Shown one piece after another: positions 53,479 through 64,000 of a DNA stretch of 64,000 nt. Both the position numbers and the translations under genes were made by a program. The stretch comes from an uncultured Candidatus Saccharibacteria bacterium (lineage in GTDB: Bacteria > Patescibacteriota > Dojkabacteria > B142 > OLB20): positions 235,168 to 299,167 of the forward strand of contig CAYWVD010000001.1 in the NCBI GenBank assembly GCA_964461915.1. The letters run 5' to 3'. The notes beneath the pieces were generated by a model. It ran no database searches and was not told where the DNA came from. It saw nothing but the letters and a program-made list of their open reading frames with translations. The stretch's first letter is position 1, and every line of letters starts with the position of its first letter.

Positions 53479-56271
53479 TTAAATTCTGTGTTTTGGAGAT
53501 TTAATTAATCCGCATTTTTTGTATTTTAAACCTGATCCACAAGGACAAGGATCGTTTCTTCCAATTTCTGCATATTTGTTAGTCACTTTTATTTTTGCAG
53601 TACTACCTTTTGAAGCAGCATTTACGGTCATTTCTCTTGAACCGGTTAATAAATCAGTTATTTGTTCAACATTTGTTTGGATTGTTTTGGTGGGTTCGAC
53701 TTGTTTTACTGCACGGATCTTTAAGAATCTTATTAGTGCTTGAGAATTTATTTGTTCAATAAATTTTTCAAAGATCGTAAAAGCTTCATTTTTATACTCT
53801 ACTAATGGATCTTTTTGAGCATAGCCTCTTAAACCAATACCTTCTCGAAGATCAGTCATTTGGTCAAGATGATCGGTCCATAATTCATCCATTATTTGTA
53901 AATTTGTAATCTTGTAAAGATCAACTATAGAGCTTTCTAATTCTTTAAATTTATCAGTTAGAAGTCCTTGAGAGATTTCAGCAACCTTCGTAAAAATTGA
54001 TTGTACTTCTTCATCCGAATTTATAGCGTTCGATAGTTCATCTTTGTTACTTAGTTCAAAGGTCGAAAATAATGACTTGACCTCATTTAAGAGTTGCTTT
54101 CTTTCTTCATCAGATAAAGCTTTAACTTCAAAATATGGATAAAAGATTCTATCGAGTTCTTTTTCAAGATTTTCAATCAAGGATTTATGGATAAATTCTT
54201 TTGACTCTTCGTTTTGATCTAATTTTACTAGTTTTAGTCTTTTTGCATAAAAGATCTCTCTTTGTTGATTGACGACATCATCATATTCGACAACTCTTTT
54301 TCTAATATCAAAATGATAACCTTCCATTTTCTTTTGAGCATTTTCGATGGCCTTAGAAATTAAAGGGCTTTGTATAGGCATATCATCCGGGATATTTGTC
54401 ATATCCATAAATTTTTTGACCATATCACCACCCTGAATACGCATGATCTCATCATCAAGAGCGACAAAAAATTGTGTACTTCCAGGATCACCTTGTCTAC
54501 CCGATCTTCCTCGTAGCTGATTATCAACTCTTCGAGCCTCATGCCTCTGTGTACCAATTATATGAAGTCCACCAAGTTCTTTTACACCATCTTCTAGTGG
54601 GATATCTGTACCTCTACCTGCCATATTAGTTGCGACTGTTACACTCATTTTTTTACCAGCCTGAGCAACTATTGCAGCCTCTCTTTCATGGAATTTCGCA
54701 TTTAATACCTCATGAGCAACCCCTCTTTTATCTAATTGTGAAGATAAATATTCGGAGTCTTCAATTGTTGTTGTTCCGACAAGTATCGGCTGTCCAGTTT
54801 TATTAATATTTATAATTTCTTCCGCAACAGCATCAAATTTTGCTTTTTTGTTCTTATATATTAAATCCGTCTTATCTTCTCTAATATTGGGTCTATTAGT
54901 TGGTATAACATAAGAATCTAAATGATAAATTTTAGAAAATTCTTCAGCCTCTGTTAGGATAGTTCCGGAACCACCGGATAAAATTTTATAGATTCTAAAA
55001 TAGTTTTGAAAAGTAATAGTTGCTAATGTCTTTGATTCCTTTTTGATTGGAACGCCTTCTTTAGCTTCGATAGCTTGATGCAAGCCTTCAGAATATCTTC
55101 TTCCAGGCAAAATTCTACCTGTAAATTCATCTACAATTAAAACCTCTCCATCTTTTACAATATATTCTTCATTGTTTTTAAACATTGCTAAAGCTTTTAG
55201 AGCATTATCTAGATGATGTGCATATTGATAATCTTCCCAAATGTTTTTAATGCCTAGTAAGCCTTCGACATAGGAGATACCTTCTTCTGTAAGTGTTACT
55301 GAGTGTGCTTTTTCATCTAATATATAGTGTGTATCTGGAATTAATTTTTTAGCTACTCCGGCAAATTTTACATATAAATCGTTGGAATCTTCAGCAGGAG
55401 CAGAAATTATTAAAGGAGTTCTTGCTTCATCAATTAAAATTGAGTCAGCCTCATCAACAATACAATAATATAGTTCTCTTTGAGCTCTATCGACCAATTT
55501 ATATACCATATTATCTCTAAGATAATCGAAGCCAAATTCGTTATTTGTTCCATAGACTACATCTTGTTTATATGCTTCAGACTTTGAACATTCAATTAAA
55601 TTGACTCCATGCATATCTGACAAGCTAGAGACATTAATCTTTTGCCTTTCAATAACCCCTTCTTTCCCTTTGAACTCTTCAAGCTTTTCATCAGGGATGA
55701 ATTTATAAGCAGATTGTGGAGTAATAATTCCAACAGTTATCCCTAAATCAGCCATAGCATGTCCTGCATATTCGCCGTCTCTTCTAGCTAGGTAATCATT
55801 TACTGTAACTACATGAGAGCCTCTTCCCGTTAAACCATATAATGCAGCAGGCAAATGAAAAACCTGAGTTTTACCTTCTCCTGTTTTAAGTTCTGTAAGC
55901 TTATTCCCTTGAGCTAGAATAATTGAAGCCATCAACTGAACAGGAAAATGCTTTTTATTAAATTTTCTATTATTAATTTCACGAAGGAAGGCAAATAGTC
56001 TTGGCATGTATTCTTGAAGTTTATTATAGACAGCTTTTTCTTCTTTGGATGTTTCACTTGATTTTTTAATATTATCAAAAGCTTCACTTGGAAGCTTACT
56101 TATTAAATCAGCAAGTTCTTTTCTATATCCTTCAACTTCTTCTCGCATTTCTAAAAAATCCATTTTCTCAACTTCGGATTCAAGTGAAAGAATAGAGTCT
56201 ACTATGGGTTTTACAGCATCTAATGCTCTGGTATTTGGGTCTGTTGTGAATTTTTTAAAGAAATTAAACAT
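53479..56271 (-). CDS. secA: Preprotein translocase ATPase SecA
   Basis: DEAD-motor blocks throughout. C-terminal zinc-binding tail CPCGSGLKYKKCG. Confidence 0.9.
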   Translation of the reverse strand: MFNFFKKFTTDPNTRALDAVKPIVDSILSLESEVEKMDFLEMREEVEGYRKELADLISKLPSEAFDNIKKSSETSKEEKAVYNKLQEYMPRLFAFLREINNRKFNKKHFPVQLMASIILAQGNKLTELKTGEGKTQVFHLPAALYGLTGRGSHVVTVNDYLARRDGEYAGHAMADLGITVGIITPQSAYKFIPDEKLEEFKGKEGVIERQKINVSSLSDMHGVNLIECSKSEAYKQDVVYGTNNEFGFDYLRDNMVYKLVDRAQRELYYCIVDEADSILIDEARTPLIISAPAEDSNDLYVKFAGVAKKLIPDTHYILDEKAHSVTLTEEGISYVEGLLGIKNIWEDYQYAHHLDNALKALAMFKNNEEYIVKDGEVLIVDEFTGRILPGRRYSEGLHQAIEAKEGVPIKKESKTLATITFQNYFRIYKILSGGSGTILTEAEEFSKIYHLDSYVIPTNRPNIREDKTDLIYKNKKAKFDAVAEEIININKTGQPILVGTTTIEDSEYLSSQLDKRGVAHEVLNAKFHEREAAIVAQAGKKMSVTVATNMAGRGTDIPLEDGVKELGGLHIIGTQRHEARRVDNQLRGRSGRQGDPGSTQFFVALDDEIMRIQGGDMVKKFMDMTNIPDDMPIQSPLISKAIENAQKKMEGYHFDIRKRVVEYDDVVNQQREIFYAKRLKLVKLDQNEESKEFIHKSLIENLEKELDRIFYPYFEVKALSDEERKQLLNEVKSLFSTFELSNKDELSNAINSDEEVQSIFTKVAEISQGLLTDKFKELESSIVDLYKITNLQIMDELWTDHLDQMTDLREGIGLRGYAQKDPLVEYKNEAFTIFEKFIEQINSQALIRFLKIRAVKQVEPTKTIQTNVEQITDLLTGSREMTVNAASKGSTAKIKVTNKYAEIGRNDPCPCGSGLKYKKCGLIKSPKHRI

Positions 56272-56313
56272 GGTTATTTCGAGTGAACAAAATTAAAGTC
56301 AAAGTTTATTCTA

Positions 56314-56532
56314 TCAATTTAATGAAAAATTGTAATTAATATTAGCATCAACTTCGTTTTTATTGAAATTGATATTACTATCTTCAAGGGTGTAGGTCCT
56401 TTTTGCAACTAGATAGTTTGAGTAATTAGGCTTCGTTAGTAATTGATAAATTGAGCCTAAACTCCCAAGAATAACTATTACAATAACAAATGCAATTATT
56501 AAAAAAAATATCAATCTAGACGGGAACTTCAT
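56314..56532 (-). CDS. Small hypothetical membrane protein
   Basis: 72-aa ORF with one TM helix. Overlaps the upstream gene's start by 17 nt. Confidence 0.25.
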   Translation of the reverse strand: MKFPSRLIFFLIIAFVIVIVILGSLGSIYQLLTKPNYSNYLVAKRTYTLEDSNINFNKNEVDANINYNFSLN

Positions 56533-57157
56533 TGGTATACTGCTTTAATTGGAATTTGTGAATATATGCATATTTAGGGCCTTTTCCACCTTCGATATCG
56601 CTTTTTATTATTGAAAATTCAGAAACGGTAAAATCAATGGGATCAATTGGGTTTTCTTTAACTATTGATCTTATTTGTCTTCCAAAACTTCTATTCTGTT
56701 GATGTTTTAATCTACCTAGAGTTACATGATAAATATCTTTTTTCATATATGCAGTTGGAATAACATCACCAAGATCAAGTCTTTTAATTTTGATCCCGAT
56801 TTCTTTATACAAAGCATTGAGTTCGGGTGTGCTTTCGATATTATAAAAAAGGATTTGGGGGATTGTTTGATGAGGGAATCCAAATCGCAATTCTTTAACT
56901 GACAAAGTAATTGGATAAGTTTTCCCTGCAATTTCTTTTAGAACATCTACTATTTTATTTATTGAATAATCACTGACATTTCTTCCAAGGAACTTAATGG
57001 TTAAATGCATTTGTTCCATAGAAACAAAACGAATATTCCTAGCTTCGTGTAGGAAAATTTTTGTATTACTATTTAATTGCCTTTTTACTTCTTCAGGAAT
57101 TTCGAATGCAATAAAAAGTCTATACTCTTTCTTTTTGGGTTTAAATTTTCTCTCCAT
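56516..57157 (-). CDS. thpR: RNA 2',3'-cyclic phosphodiesterase (ThpR/LigT, 2H family)
   Basis: Two H-x-T-x motifs (HLTIKFLG and HVTLGRL) at the spacing typical of the 2H family. Confidence 0.65.
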   Translation of the reverse strand: MERKFKPKKKEYRLFIAFEIPEEVKRQLNSNTKIFLHEARNIRFVSMEQMHLTIKFLGRNVSDYSINKIVDVLKEIAGKTYPITLSVKELRFGFPHQTIPQILFYNIESTPELNALYKEIGIKIKRLDLGDVIPTAYMKKDIYHVTLGRLKHQQNRSFGRQIRSIVKENPIDPIDFTVSEFSIIKSDIEGGKGPKYAYIHKFQLKQYTNEVPV

Positions 57158-57166
57158 ATTTTTTTA

Positions 57167-57736
57167 CTATTGAGGTTGAATCATACCATATCCACCGGAC
57201 TTTCTGCGATAAATCATTGCATATTTCATATTTTCAATATTTTTAAATAAAAAAGAATCGTGACCCAAAAGCTCCATTTTTTCTATCGCTTCGGCTGGAT
57301 TTAGAGGACTATCATCTTCATATATTTTTCTGCGGATTTTAGGAACATAATTCATTGGTATTGATTCATCTTCTAATTGTGGTAAAACGACCTCTTCTAT
57401 TTGTTCCATCTTCCACTCCTTATGCTTTACCCATCGTTCTTTTTGGCTAGTATATCTTTGGATTTTTTTGGTTAAAGGAAGAATCATCTCGTCAATAGTG
57501 TTATTAATGTTTTGACCAACTTGTTGGACTTTGATAAATGCATTAGGCATTTTAATATTTGCTTCGAGTTTATATTGAGGTTGTGCACTATCTATGTTAT
57601 TTTCCTGATCAATTTTTATGGTAATTTGATTAAAATCTTTGGAAAATTTACTTAGTTTTTGAAGTCTTTCTGTAATATAATCAGCGGTTGTATCAGAAAA
57701 GTTTTGAATCCTTGCGAGGAAATTTACTTTTAACAT
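57167..57736 (-). CDS. hpf: Ribosome hibernation promoting factor, long form
   Basis: N-terminal YfiA-like domain. The C-terminal dimerisation domain (AIEKMELLGHDSFLFKN...MIYRRKSGGYGMI) is typical of long HPF. Confidence 0.7.
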   Translation of the reverse strand: MLKVNFLARIQNFSDTTADYITERLQKLSKFSKDFNQITIKIDQENNIDSAQPQYKLEANIKMPNAFIKVQQVGQNINNTIDEMILPLTKKIQRYTSQKERWVKHKEWKMEQIEEVVLPQLEDESIPMNYVPKIRRKIYEDDSPLNPAEAIEKMELLGHDSFLFKNIENMKYAMIYRRKSGGYGMIQPQ

Positions 57737-57752
57737 TGAAAAATATTAAAAA

Positions 57753-58529
57753 TTAAATTATTAAAAGGACTAATATACTTGAAAGTATAACATACTCAAA
57801 TATTACGCCCCATTTAAAATCTGCATTTAAATAATGATGTAATAGGGATAACGTTAGGTAATATCCGTAAGTCACAAGTAAGGCGAGTTTAAGACTAATG
57901 CCCCAAAAAACAACCCCAATAACAAAAAACATAATGTTTACCAAAACAAAAGCTAAATTAACCTTGTTGAAATGCAAAATGTTATATCTCATCAAGGTAA
58001 ATACAAGAGCTAAAACAAAAAGGATAAATAGAATCAAAATTACAATTCGAGCAGATTCATATGAATTAATAAAAATTTCACCGGTCCAAAAAGTATTAAA
58101 AAGTATGAATAAAGAAATAATATCGTAAATATAGTGAGTATGGGCTTCAACAATATATTTGTTTTTAAACCAAGCATCAATATTCTTATAGATATAAAAG
58201 AATAAAAAGATATTTACTGCAATTTGAATTAAATAGGTTAGATAAGATTGATAAGTTATAAAGAAAACATTTAAAACAATTAATTGAGTGATCGGTAATA
58301 TATAATGATTAAATAAATTATGGAAGCTGTGAGATTTATCTTCAATTGGCAATAATAATTGTTTATCTTGTCTATAAATTGCGCTATCTATTGATACTTT
58401 TGATATAAAAATAACTATCTGAGCTATGGTTAGGATAACAACTATTTCTACATTATGCCTAAGAGTTAAAGCCAGTATCTCAAGAGTGATTAATGATAAT
58501 AACAAATTGTTTATTGAGATTGGCTTCAT
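57753..58529 (-). CDS. Hypothetical polytopic membrane protein
   Basis: ORF with about 8 hydrophobic segments. No motif. Confidence 0.35.
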   Translation of the reverse strand: MKPISINNLLLSLITLEILALTLRHNVEIVVILTIAQIVIFISKVSIDSAIYRQDKQLLLPIEDKSHSFHNLFNHYILPITQLIVLNVFFITYQSYLTYLIQIAVNIFLFFYIYKNIDAWFKNKYIVEAHTHYIYDIISLFILFNTFWTGEIFINSYESARIVILILFILFVLALVFTLMRYNILHFNKVNLAFVLVNIMFFVIGVVFWGISLKLALLVTYGYYLTLSLLHHYLNADFKWGVIFEYVILSSILVLLII

Positions 58530-58532
58530 AGA

Positions 58533-59897
58533 TTAAGTATTTATTCCATTTAAAATATTTCCATCTAGATTGGATAACAAACTTAATATCAAAACTATAA
58601 AGAAAATAGCAAAATTCAATGCGGAACTTTTATTAACTCGACCGGTATTCCCAGTTTTATTTAAAACATAAAAATCCAACCCAAATAGAAAGCTTAAAAA
58701 TACTGAAAAAGTTAGATTAACCTGTAATCTAGGATTGGCTTGTATATCAATTTTCGAAATATCAAATATGTTTTCTGAAGAGATCAAGGATGATAATGAG
58801 CTGGTAGGTATATCCAAAGATTTAGTATTTCCGGCTTTGTCCGAAGCTAAAATTGAAACGATTTCAATGTTTACAAGTTCTGTTTCAGAAAGTTTAATTT
58901 GCCAAGTATTTTTACCAATATTTTCAAAAGATTTTGATAAATTTACGATTTCAACTTTTGAAGCATCAAGATCTTTAATTATGAGGAGTCCATTGGAATA
59001 TGAGATTTTATTAATTTCGAGAGCAGGTGGAGTGAAATCGATTTGAAAATTTATAATATTTGAAGAAACAAGGTCTCCATTATCATCAACACCTTCTGCT
59101 TGTAAAAGATATTCTTTTTCAATTTTAAAGCTTTCTGGAGATCTAAAAGTGAAGTTTTCGCCAATTGCATCTACATCACCTATAACTTGCCCATCGCTTA
59201 CAATTTCAACATTTTTAACAGATTTTGCTTTACCAAAGATTTCAAAATCACTAATATTTAGTATGCTTCCATTTGCAGGCTTTTCAATGACTATATCGGA
59301 CGAAATACCTTTAACTGAATTATTAGCCAAGGTTGAATCCTGACTTTCGTTATATCTAGTTCCAAAATGTACAACAATAACTGTATTGTTACTTATTCCC
59401 TGGTAATTTCCATAAGCAAATCCTATACCAATTTCATTGAATTGTTCATTTAGAATATTCTCCTTATGAGTAAGGCTATTCATCCACGCATTCATAACTC
59501 CTTCATTATTTTCAAATCCTTCAGCTAAATTCTCTCCTGCATAAAGATATATATACCCAGAATCATCAAAAAAATCCCAAGGCGATTTACCATCTGGACA
59601 ATAATGCGACCAGCAATTTGCACTCAACATAGCTTCCGCCTTAGCCTTTGCACTATTTATTAGAAGGCTGTTAATTGATAAGGCTTTTAGACCATTTTCT
59701 TGCCTCATTTGATTGTGTAGTCTATATAGTGAGGTAAAGTCAACAGCAGCTCTTGTATTTACAATACTATAATTTAAAAAGATTAAATTGAATATTAGAA
59801 TAAATAGTAGATATATTGATAAAAATTTCGGCCGTATTAACAAAGGATGATAATTGTTTTCTTTGCATGGTATGAATAATTTTTTTATTTTATTCAT
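58533..59897 (-). CDS. CAP/SCP (YkwD-like) domain extracytoplasmic protein with downstream beta-rich region and C-terminal TM anchor
   Basis: CAP-domain pattern LYRLHNQMRQENGLKAL ... NCWSHYCP ... YAGENLAEGF ... NAWMNSLTHKENIL ... IGIGF. Confidence 0.55.
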   Translation of the reverse strand: MNKIKKLFIPCKENNYHPLLIRPKFLSIYLLFILIFNLIFLNYSIVNTRAAVDFTSLYRLHNQMRQENGLKALSINSLLINSAKAKAEAMLSANCWSHYCPDGKSPWDFFDDSGYIYLYAGENLAEGFENNEGVMNAWMNSLTHKENILNEQFNEIGIGFAYGNYQGISNNTVIVVHFGTRYNESQDSTLANNSVKGISSDIVIEKPANGSILNISDFEIFGKAKSVKNVEIVSDGQVIGDVDAIGENFTFRSPESFKIEKEYLLQAEGVDDNGDLVSSNIINFQIDFTPPALEINKISYSNGLLIIKDLDASKVEIVNLSKSFENIGKNTWQIKLSETELVNIEIVSILASDKAGNTKSLDIPTSSLSSLISSENIFDISKIDIQANPRLQVNLTFSVFLSFLFGLDFYVLNKTGNTGRVNKSSALNFAIFFIVLILSLLSNLDGNILNGINT

Positions 59898-60606
59898 CGA
59901 ACATCGGTGGTAAATTTAATTCTTTAGCAAGTTTATTTATATTCTTTTGCTCTCTTTCAACAGAACTAGCCCAATATGGATTACAATTCGGCCCGCAATA
60001 GGTACCCACTAATTTATATGGATTATTCAAATTATTGATTCCGTATCCTTTGACCATACCTCTAGTAATAGTATCAATAGATTCATAAAAGCTGGAGAAG
60101 ATAATTCGGTTCTCTCCTGATCCACCCCAACCCCAACAGTTAAATTGCTTTAACGAGGAAGCTTTGGTGCAAAGTTTAGTTTCGACATAGGCAATTGCAG
60201 GTAAGAAGGTACAATCCCTAGGTGTGCCGTATTTATCACAAGCTTCGACAAAGTTATTACCAAATCCAAAAAGTGGTGAGTTATATTTCTCAAAATATTT
60301 ATCCAATACAAAAGCTCTATAATCAAGGTAAGAGACCTCTACAAAAGAGTTTTGTTTTAAAAAGATAACTTCATCAGTATTTTGAATATAACCACTCTTT
60401 ACTTGAGGTACGGATATTTCTTTGGAATTTGTATTCGAAGAAAATGCAAAAATATTGTAGACATTAAACGCCACTATAAAGGGCAAAATAATATTTACGA
60501 AAAATTTAAATGCAATAGATTTGTAGTTCTTTTTATTCATTGAAATATGATATTGGAATTTCATTGTTGAAATCAAGTTCTTGTGCCTTTGCCTTACTAT
60601 CTTCAA
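59890..60606 (-). CDS. Hypothetical secreted/membrane-anchored protein
   Basis: ORF with an N-terminal TM. No motif recognised. Confidence 0.3.
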   Translation of the reverse strand: MKIVRQRHKNLISTMKFQYHISMNKKNYKSIAFKFFVNIILPFIVAFNVYNIFAFSSNTNSKEISVPQVKSGYIQNTDEVIFLKQNSFVEVSYLDYRAFVLDKYFEKYNSPLFGFGNNFVEACDKYGTPRDCTFLPAIAYVETKLCTKASSLKQFNCWGWGGSGENRIIFSSFYESIDTITRGMVKGYGINNLNNPYKLVGTYCGPNCNPYWASSVEREQKNINKLAKELNLPPMFDE

Positions 60607-62119
60607 CTATATTTTTATTACCTTCATCTACTTCAGGCAATTTAGTATAGGAATAATAAACTTGATAGTTCAATAAATAATAAAAAATCGAACTAGGATC
60701 CAAATTATAAATAATATAAGTATTGTCGAGATTAACCTCTTCGGAATTCAAAAGTTTTAATAATTCCTTAGATGATAGTAATACCGTTTGCTCTTTGGCA
60801 TCAAGCACAAACTCGTATTTATCAGCGGCCATTATGAATTTATTTAAATTATCTTTATCTTTTAAGAAGAATGAGGATTTCAACAAAACAAAATTTACTT
60901 CCTTATTATAAGATTGAGCAATGCTAGTAAAAACATCCGCATATTTTAATAAGTTTGTATAGTCTTTGTAATTTGCCATGATCATAAATAATGCAAATGC
61001 GTTAGATTCTTTATCGTTAGAAAGTAAGTCAGTAATCATCGCTAAGTCCTTTTCGATATTTTCAAACTTTTTTTGCTGATAATACGACTCAATAAGTAAA
61101 ATATGACAAGATATACTTTCAGGATTATATTTAAGGCATCGTAGTAAATGTTGTTCAGCAATTTCAGGAGATTTTAATTTTAAATAGATGCTTCCGGCAT
61201 AAAGGTTAGGCTTTTCGAAAAAACTATTCTCATCAATCAATTTATCATTATATAGTTTAGATAAGACCAAATAGTTTTCTGACAAAAGTTCATGTACCAG
61301 CTGGCTTAAAGCCAATAGCTTTGATTCGGGGGAATCAGCCATATTTATATATGTAGACATTTTGTTGATTAAAATAAGTTCTTCTTCTTCAAAATCCTGA
61401 GAATTATTGGTTAAAAGGGTTGTATCTTCTAGCGATTGGCTAAAATTTAAGAGGTTATAATAAAAGATCGCTTTTGATGAAGAAAAAGTTTCTAAAACCT
61501 TTACCATTTCTTTTAATTTATCATCTTCCCCCAGAACAATAAGGCAATCAATATATTTTAATAAACTTGTAAGATCAGTTGAATCCTTTTCTTTCAGAAG
61601 AAAGAATACATCTCTAGCATCTGAAAAATCACCCTCTTGGAATTTGATCTCACCTAGTTTTATGAAGATCTCCCGATTAAAAACGCCATTAACTATCCCT
61701 TTATTTAGAATATTCTGAGCTTCAGTAGAGTTCCCATACTGCAAATAAAGATCAGCCCAATATATATAGGCGTTGGAAAAAGTTGGGTTTTCGGTAGTTA
61801 CCTTTTCAAGCTCAGAGAAAGCTAATTTGTATTCATAAGAATCCACATAAGACTGTACTTTTTCAAGACTTGGTTCCGTAACGATATCCTCGGAATCGAA
61901 TATTTTAATATTGTCGTATAAATTAATAAAAAGGGAATAAAAGATGATAGAATTCAATATACCAAAAAGTATTACCAATATTATCTGTACTTTTGAAAAT
62001 TTATTCATAAGAATAGTATAATTAATTTCTCTTAATAATAAAAATAGAATTGAATCATTATAATTTAAGTAAAATTCGAAATTTCTCAATAATCGCCCAT
62101 ATCGACCATGGTAAATCAA
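60533..62119 (-). CDS. TPR-repeat protein with N-terminal membrane anchor (real start probably the internal Met near 62011, which avoids overlap with lepA)
   Basis: Multiple TPR-like helical repeats (e.g. AYIYWADLYLQYGNSTEAQNILNKG). N-terminal TM after MNKFSKVQIIL. Confidence 0.45.
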   Translation of the reverse strand: MIYHGRYGRLLRNFEFYLNYNDSILFLLLREINYTILMNKFSKVQIILVILFGILNSIIFYSLFINLYDNIKIFDSEDIVTEPSLEKVQSYVDSYEYKLAFSELEKVTTENPTFSNAYIYWADLYLQYGNSTEAQNILNKGIVNGVFNREIFIKLGEIKFQEGDFSDARDVFFLLKEKDSTDLTSLLKYIDCLIVLGEDDKLKEMVKVLETFSSSKAIFYYNLLNFSQSLEDTTLLTNNSQDFEEEELILINKMSTYINMADSPESKLLALSQLVHELLSENYLVLSKLYNDKLIDENSFFEKPNLYAGSIYLKLKSPEIAEQHLLRCLKYNPESISCHILLIESYYQQKKFENIEKDLAMITDLLSNDKESNAFALFMIMANYKDYTNLLKYADVFTSIAQSYNKEVNFVLLKSSFFLKDKDNLNKFIMAADKYEFVLDAKEQTVLLSSKELLKLLNSEEVNLDNTYIIYNLDPSSIFYYLLNYQVYYSYTKLPEVDEGNKNIVEDSKAKAQELDFNNEIPISYFNE

Positions 62120-63954
62120 CTTTAGCCGATCGACTTCTCGAAGTTACAAAAACTGTATCAAATAGAAATAAAAAAGAAAGAATAATGGACACTCTCGAGC
62201 TTGAACAAGAGAGGGGTATCACGATCAAGTTGCAAACAGCAAGAATGGAATATTTTTATTCTGGCGAGAATGAATCATTAAAATCTCCCGATCCCTATAT
62301 TTTAAATTTGGTCGATACACCGGGGCATGTTGATTTTAATTATGAAGTCTCACGAAGTCTAGCCGCATCAGAAGGCGCTATTTTACTTATTGATGCTGGT
62401 CAAGGTATTCAAGCCCAAACTTTAACAAATTACTATAAAGCAATAGCACAAGATTTATTCATAATCCCTGTTATTAATAAAATTGATCTTCCGAATGTAA
62501 ACATCGAAGATATTAAAGAAAGTTTAATAAACACATTTGGGTTTTCTGAGGATGAAATTATTTATACTTCTGGCAAAACGGGTGCTGGTGTTAATGAGTT
62601 ATTAAACCGTATAGTCGAATTTGTACCTTCTCCAAATGCAAATCTAAACGAACCTACTAGGTGTTTAATCTATGATTCTTTTTTCCATGAGTATAAAGGA
62701 GTGATTGCCTTAGTAAAAGTAGTATCGGGCCAAGTAATGCCTCACGAAAGAATTTATACAATAGGTACACAAATGACAATTGACCCTATAGAAATCGGAT
62801 TTACAAACCCCGAGTTAATCGCTGGGACTGAACTTCATACTGGTGAAATTGGGTACATTGCTACAGGTCTTAAAAGTATTAAAGATATTCATGTTGGGGA
62901 TACTATTACTAAGTATAATGATAACTATTTAAAAGTTCCTCCCTTACCTGGGTACACACCCCCAAAACCCATGGTATACGCCAGCTTATATCCGATAGAT
63001 GCAGATGAATTTGATGTATTTAATGAATCCCTTCAAAAACTAGCTTTAAATGATTCCGCATTAACATTTGTGAAAGAATCATCAAAAGCTTTAGGTTCAG
63101 GCTTTTTATGCGGCTTTTTAGGTTTGTTACATCTTGAGATCACTCAAGAAAGGTTAAGCAGAGAATTCGATATTGAAGTTATTACAACATCTCCAAGCGT
63201 TGAGTACTTAGCCGAATTAAATACAACTGATTATTCAAAAATTAGCAATATCAACATCGCAAATATTGATGATAATAAAATTCTACATATCCATACAGCT
63301 ATGGAGTATCCTGATAAGACATTAATAAAATCAATCAAAGAGCCATGGGTATATCTTGAAATTATTACTCCAGAAGAATATCTCGGCAATATAATGGACT
63401 TATGCCAGAAGAACCGTGGTATTTATATGGAAATGCAATATATAAGTTCAGCATTAATAAATGGTTCAAAACAAGTAATTATTAAATACGAAATACCAAT
63501 TTCGGAAATTATTACCAGCTTTTTTGATAAATTAAAGTCAGTATCGCAAGGATACGCTTCAATGGATTATTCAGAGACTCACTATAAGGAAGGTTCTATT
63601 GAAAAAGTCACAGTAATTATTAATCATGAAGTTGTTGAAGCGCTTTCGTTTTTAAGTCATTCTTATAATGCTGAATACAAGGGCCGACAGCTTGTTGAAA
63701 AACTTTCAGAGTTGATTCCAAGACAGCAAATACCTATTCCTATTCAAGCAGGATTAGGTATGAAAATATTCGCAAGGGCTACTGTAAAAGCTTATAGAAA
63801 AGATGTTCTTGCTAAAATGTCTGGAGGAGATGTTTCTCGTAAGATCAAACTACTTGAAAAACAGAAAAAAGGGAAGAAAAAAGCAAAAGAAAAGCTAATA
63901 GGGAAGATTTCAGTACCTCAAGATGTATTCTTAAAAGCATTAAGAACAGATTAA
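62050..63954 (+). CDS. lepA: Elongation factor 4 (LepA)
   Basis: G1 motif IRNFSIIAHIDHGKSTLADRL, DTPGHVDF, NKID, and the LepA-specific C-terminal domain. Confidence 0.85.
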   Translation: MNHYNLSKIRNFSIIAHIDHGKSTLADRLLEVTKTVSNRNKKERIMDTLELEQERGITIKLQTARMEYFYSGENESLKSPDPYILNLVDTPGHVDFNYEVSRSLAASEGAILLIDAGQGIQAQTLTNYYKAIAQDLFIIPVINKIDLPNVNIEDIKESLINTFGFSEDEIIYTSGKTGAGVNELLNRIVEFVPSPNANLNEPTRCLIYDSFFHEYKGVIALVKVVSGQVMPHERIYTIGTQMTIDPIEIGFTNPELIAGTELHTGEIGYIATGLKSIKDIHVGDTITKYNDNYLKVPPLPGYTPPKPMVYASLYPIDADEFDVFNESLQKLALNDSALTFVKESSKALGSGFLCGFLGLLHLEITQERLSREFDIEVITTSPSVEYLAELNTTDYSKISNINIANIDDNKILHIHTAMEYPDKTLIKSIKEPWVYLEIITPEEYLGNIMDLCQKNRGIYMEMQYISSALINGSKQVIIKYEIPISEIITSFFDKLKSVSQGYASMDYSETHYKEGSIEKVTVIINHEVVEALSFLSHSYNAEYKGRQLVEKLSELIPRQQIPIPIQAGLGMKIFARATVKAYRKDVLAKMSGGDVSRKIKLLEKQKKGKKKAKEKLIGKISVPQDVFLKALRTD

Positions 63955-64000
63955 TTTATCTTTTTAATACTCACCTTAAAATCGACATTTGAGGGGATAT

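Noticed and set aside
1-64000. CRISPR arrays
   Set aside because: No run of regularly spaced short direct repeats was seen anywhere. The only structured repeats are the DGR TR/VR pair, the IS inverted repeats and the att-like 14-mers.

Overview
AT-rich, gene-dense bacterial segment with short intergenic spacers, frequent gene overlaps and many small housekeeping genes, a style seen in small-genome, CPR/Patescibacteria-like bacteria (an impression, not a classification). Most of the window is core: rplS, rnhB, recO, an nrdR-nrdJ operon, a Mur ligase, lysS, mfd, mutS, corA, surE, trpS, rpmB, secA, hpf, lepA and 7 tRNAs. Two things stand out. (1) An accessory island at about 35.5-44.6 kb, next to a tRNA cluster and a tyrosine integrase, holds two different IS1595-family insertion sequences in direct orientation. 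Between them lie a Fic (AMPylase-type) gene and a complete diversity-generating retroelement (DGR): an RT with the IGxxxSQ motif, an Avd-like four-helix-bundle protein, a 121-bp template repeat (TR), and a matching variable repeat (VR) at the 3' end of a membrane-anchored, repeat-containing DUF1566/C-type-lectin-like target gene. All 23 TR/VR mismatches fall at TR adenines on the target-sense strand. The TR is inverted relative to avd-RT. (2) An nrdR-led operon carries three class II ribonucleotide reductase (NrdJ-like) catalytic modules. Two are fused into one 1439-aa ORF with a C-terminal zinc ribbon, and NrdR-box-like operators sit next to the nrdR start. Other notes: a LysRS with a ~150-aa C-terminal extension, a sortase/surface-protein cluster, and a double GT1 glycosyltransferase cut off by the window start. 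All calls come from reading the ORF translations and the DNA directly; no database searches were run.
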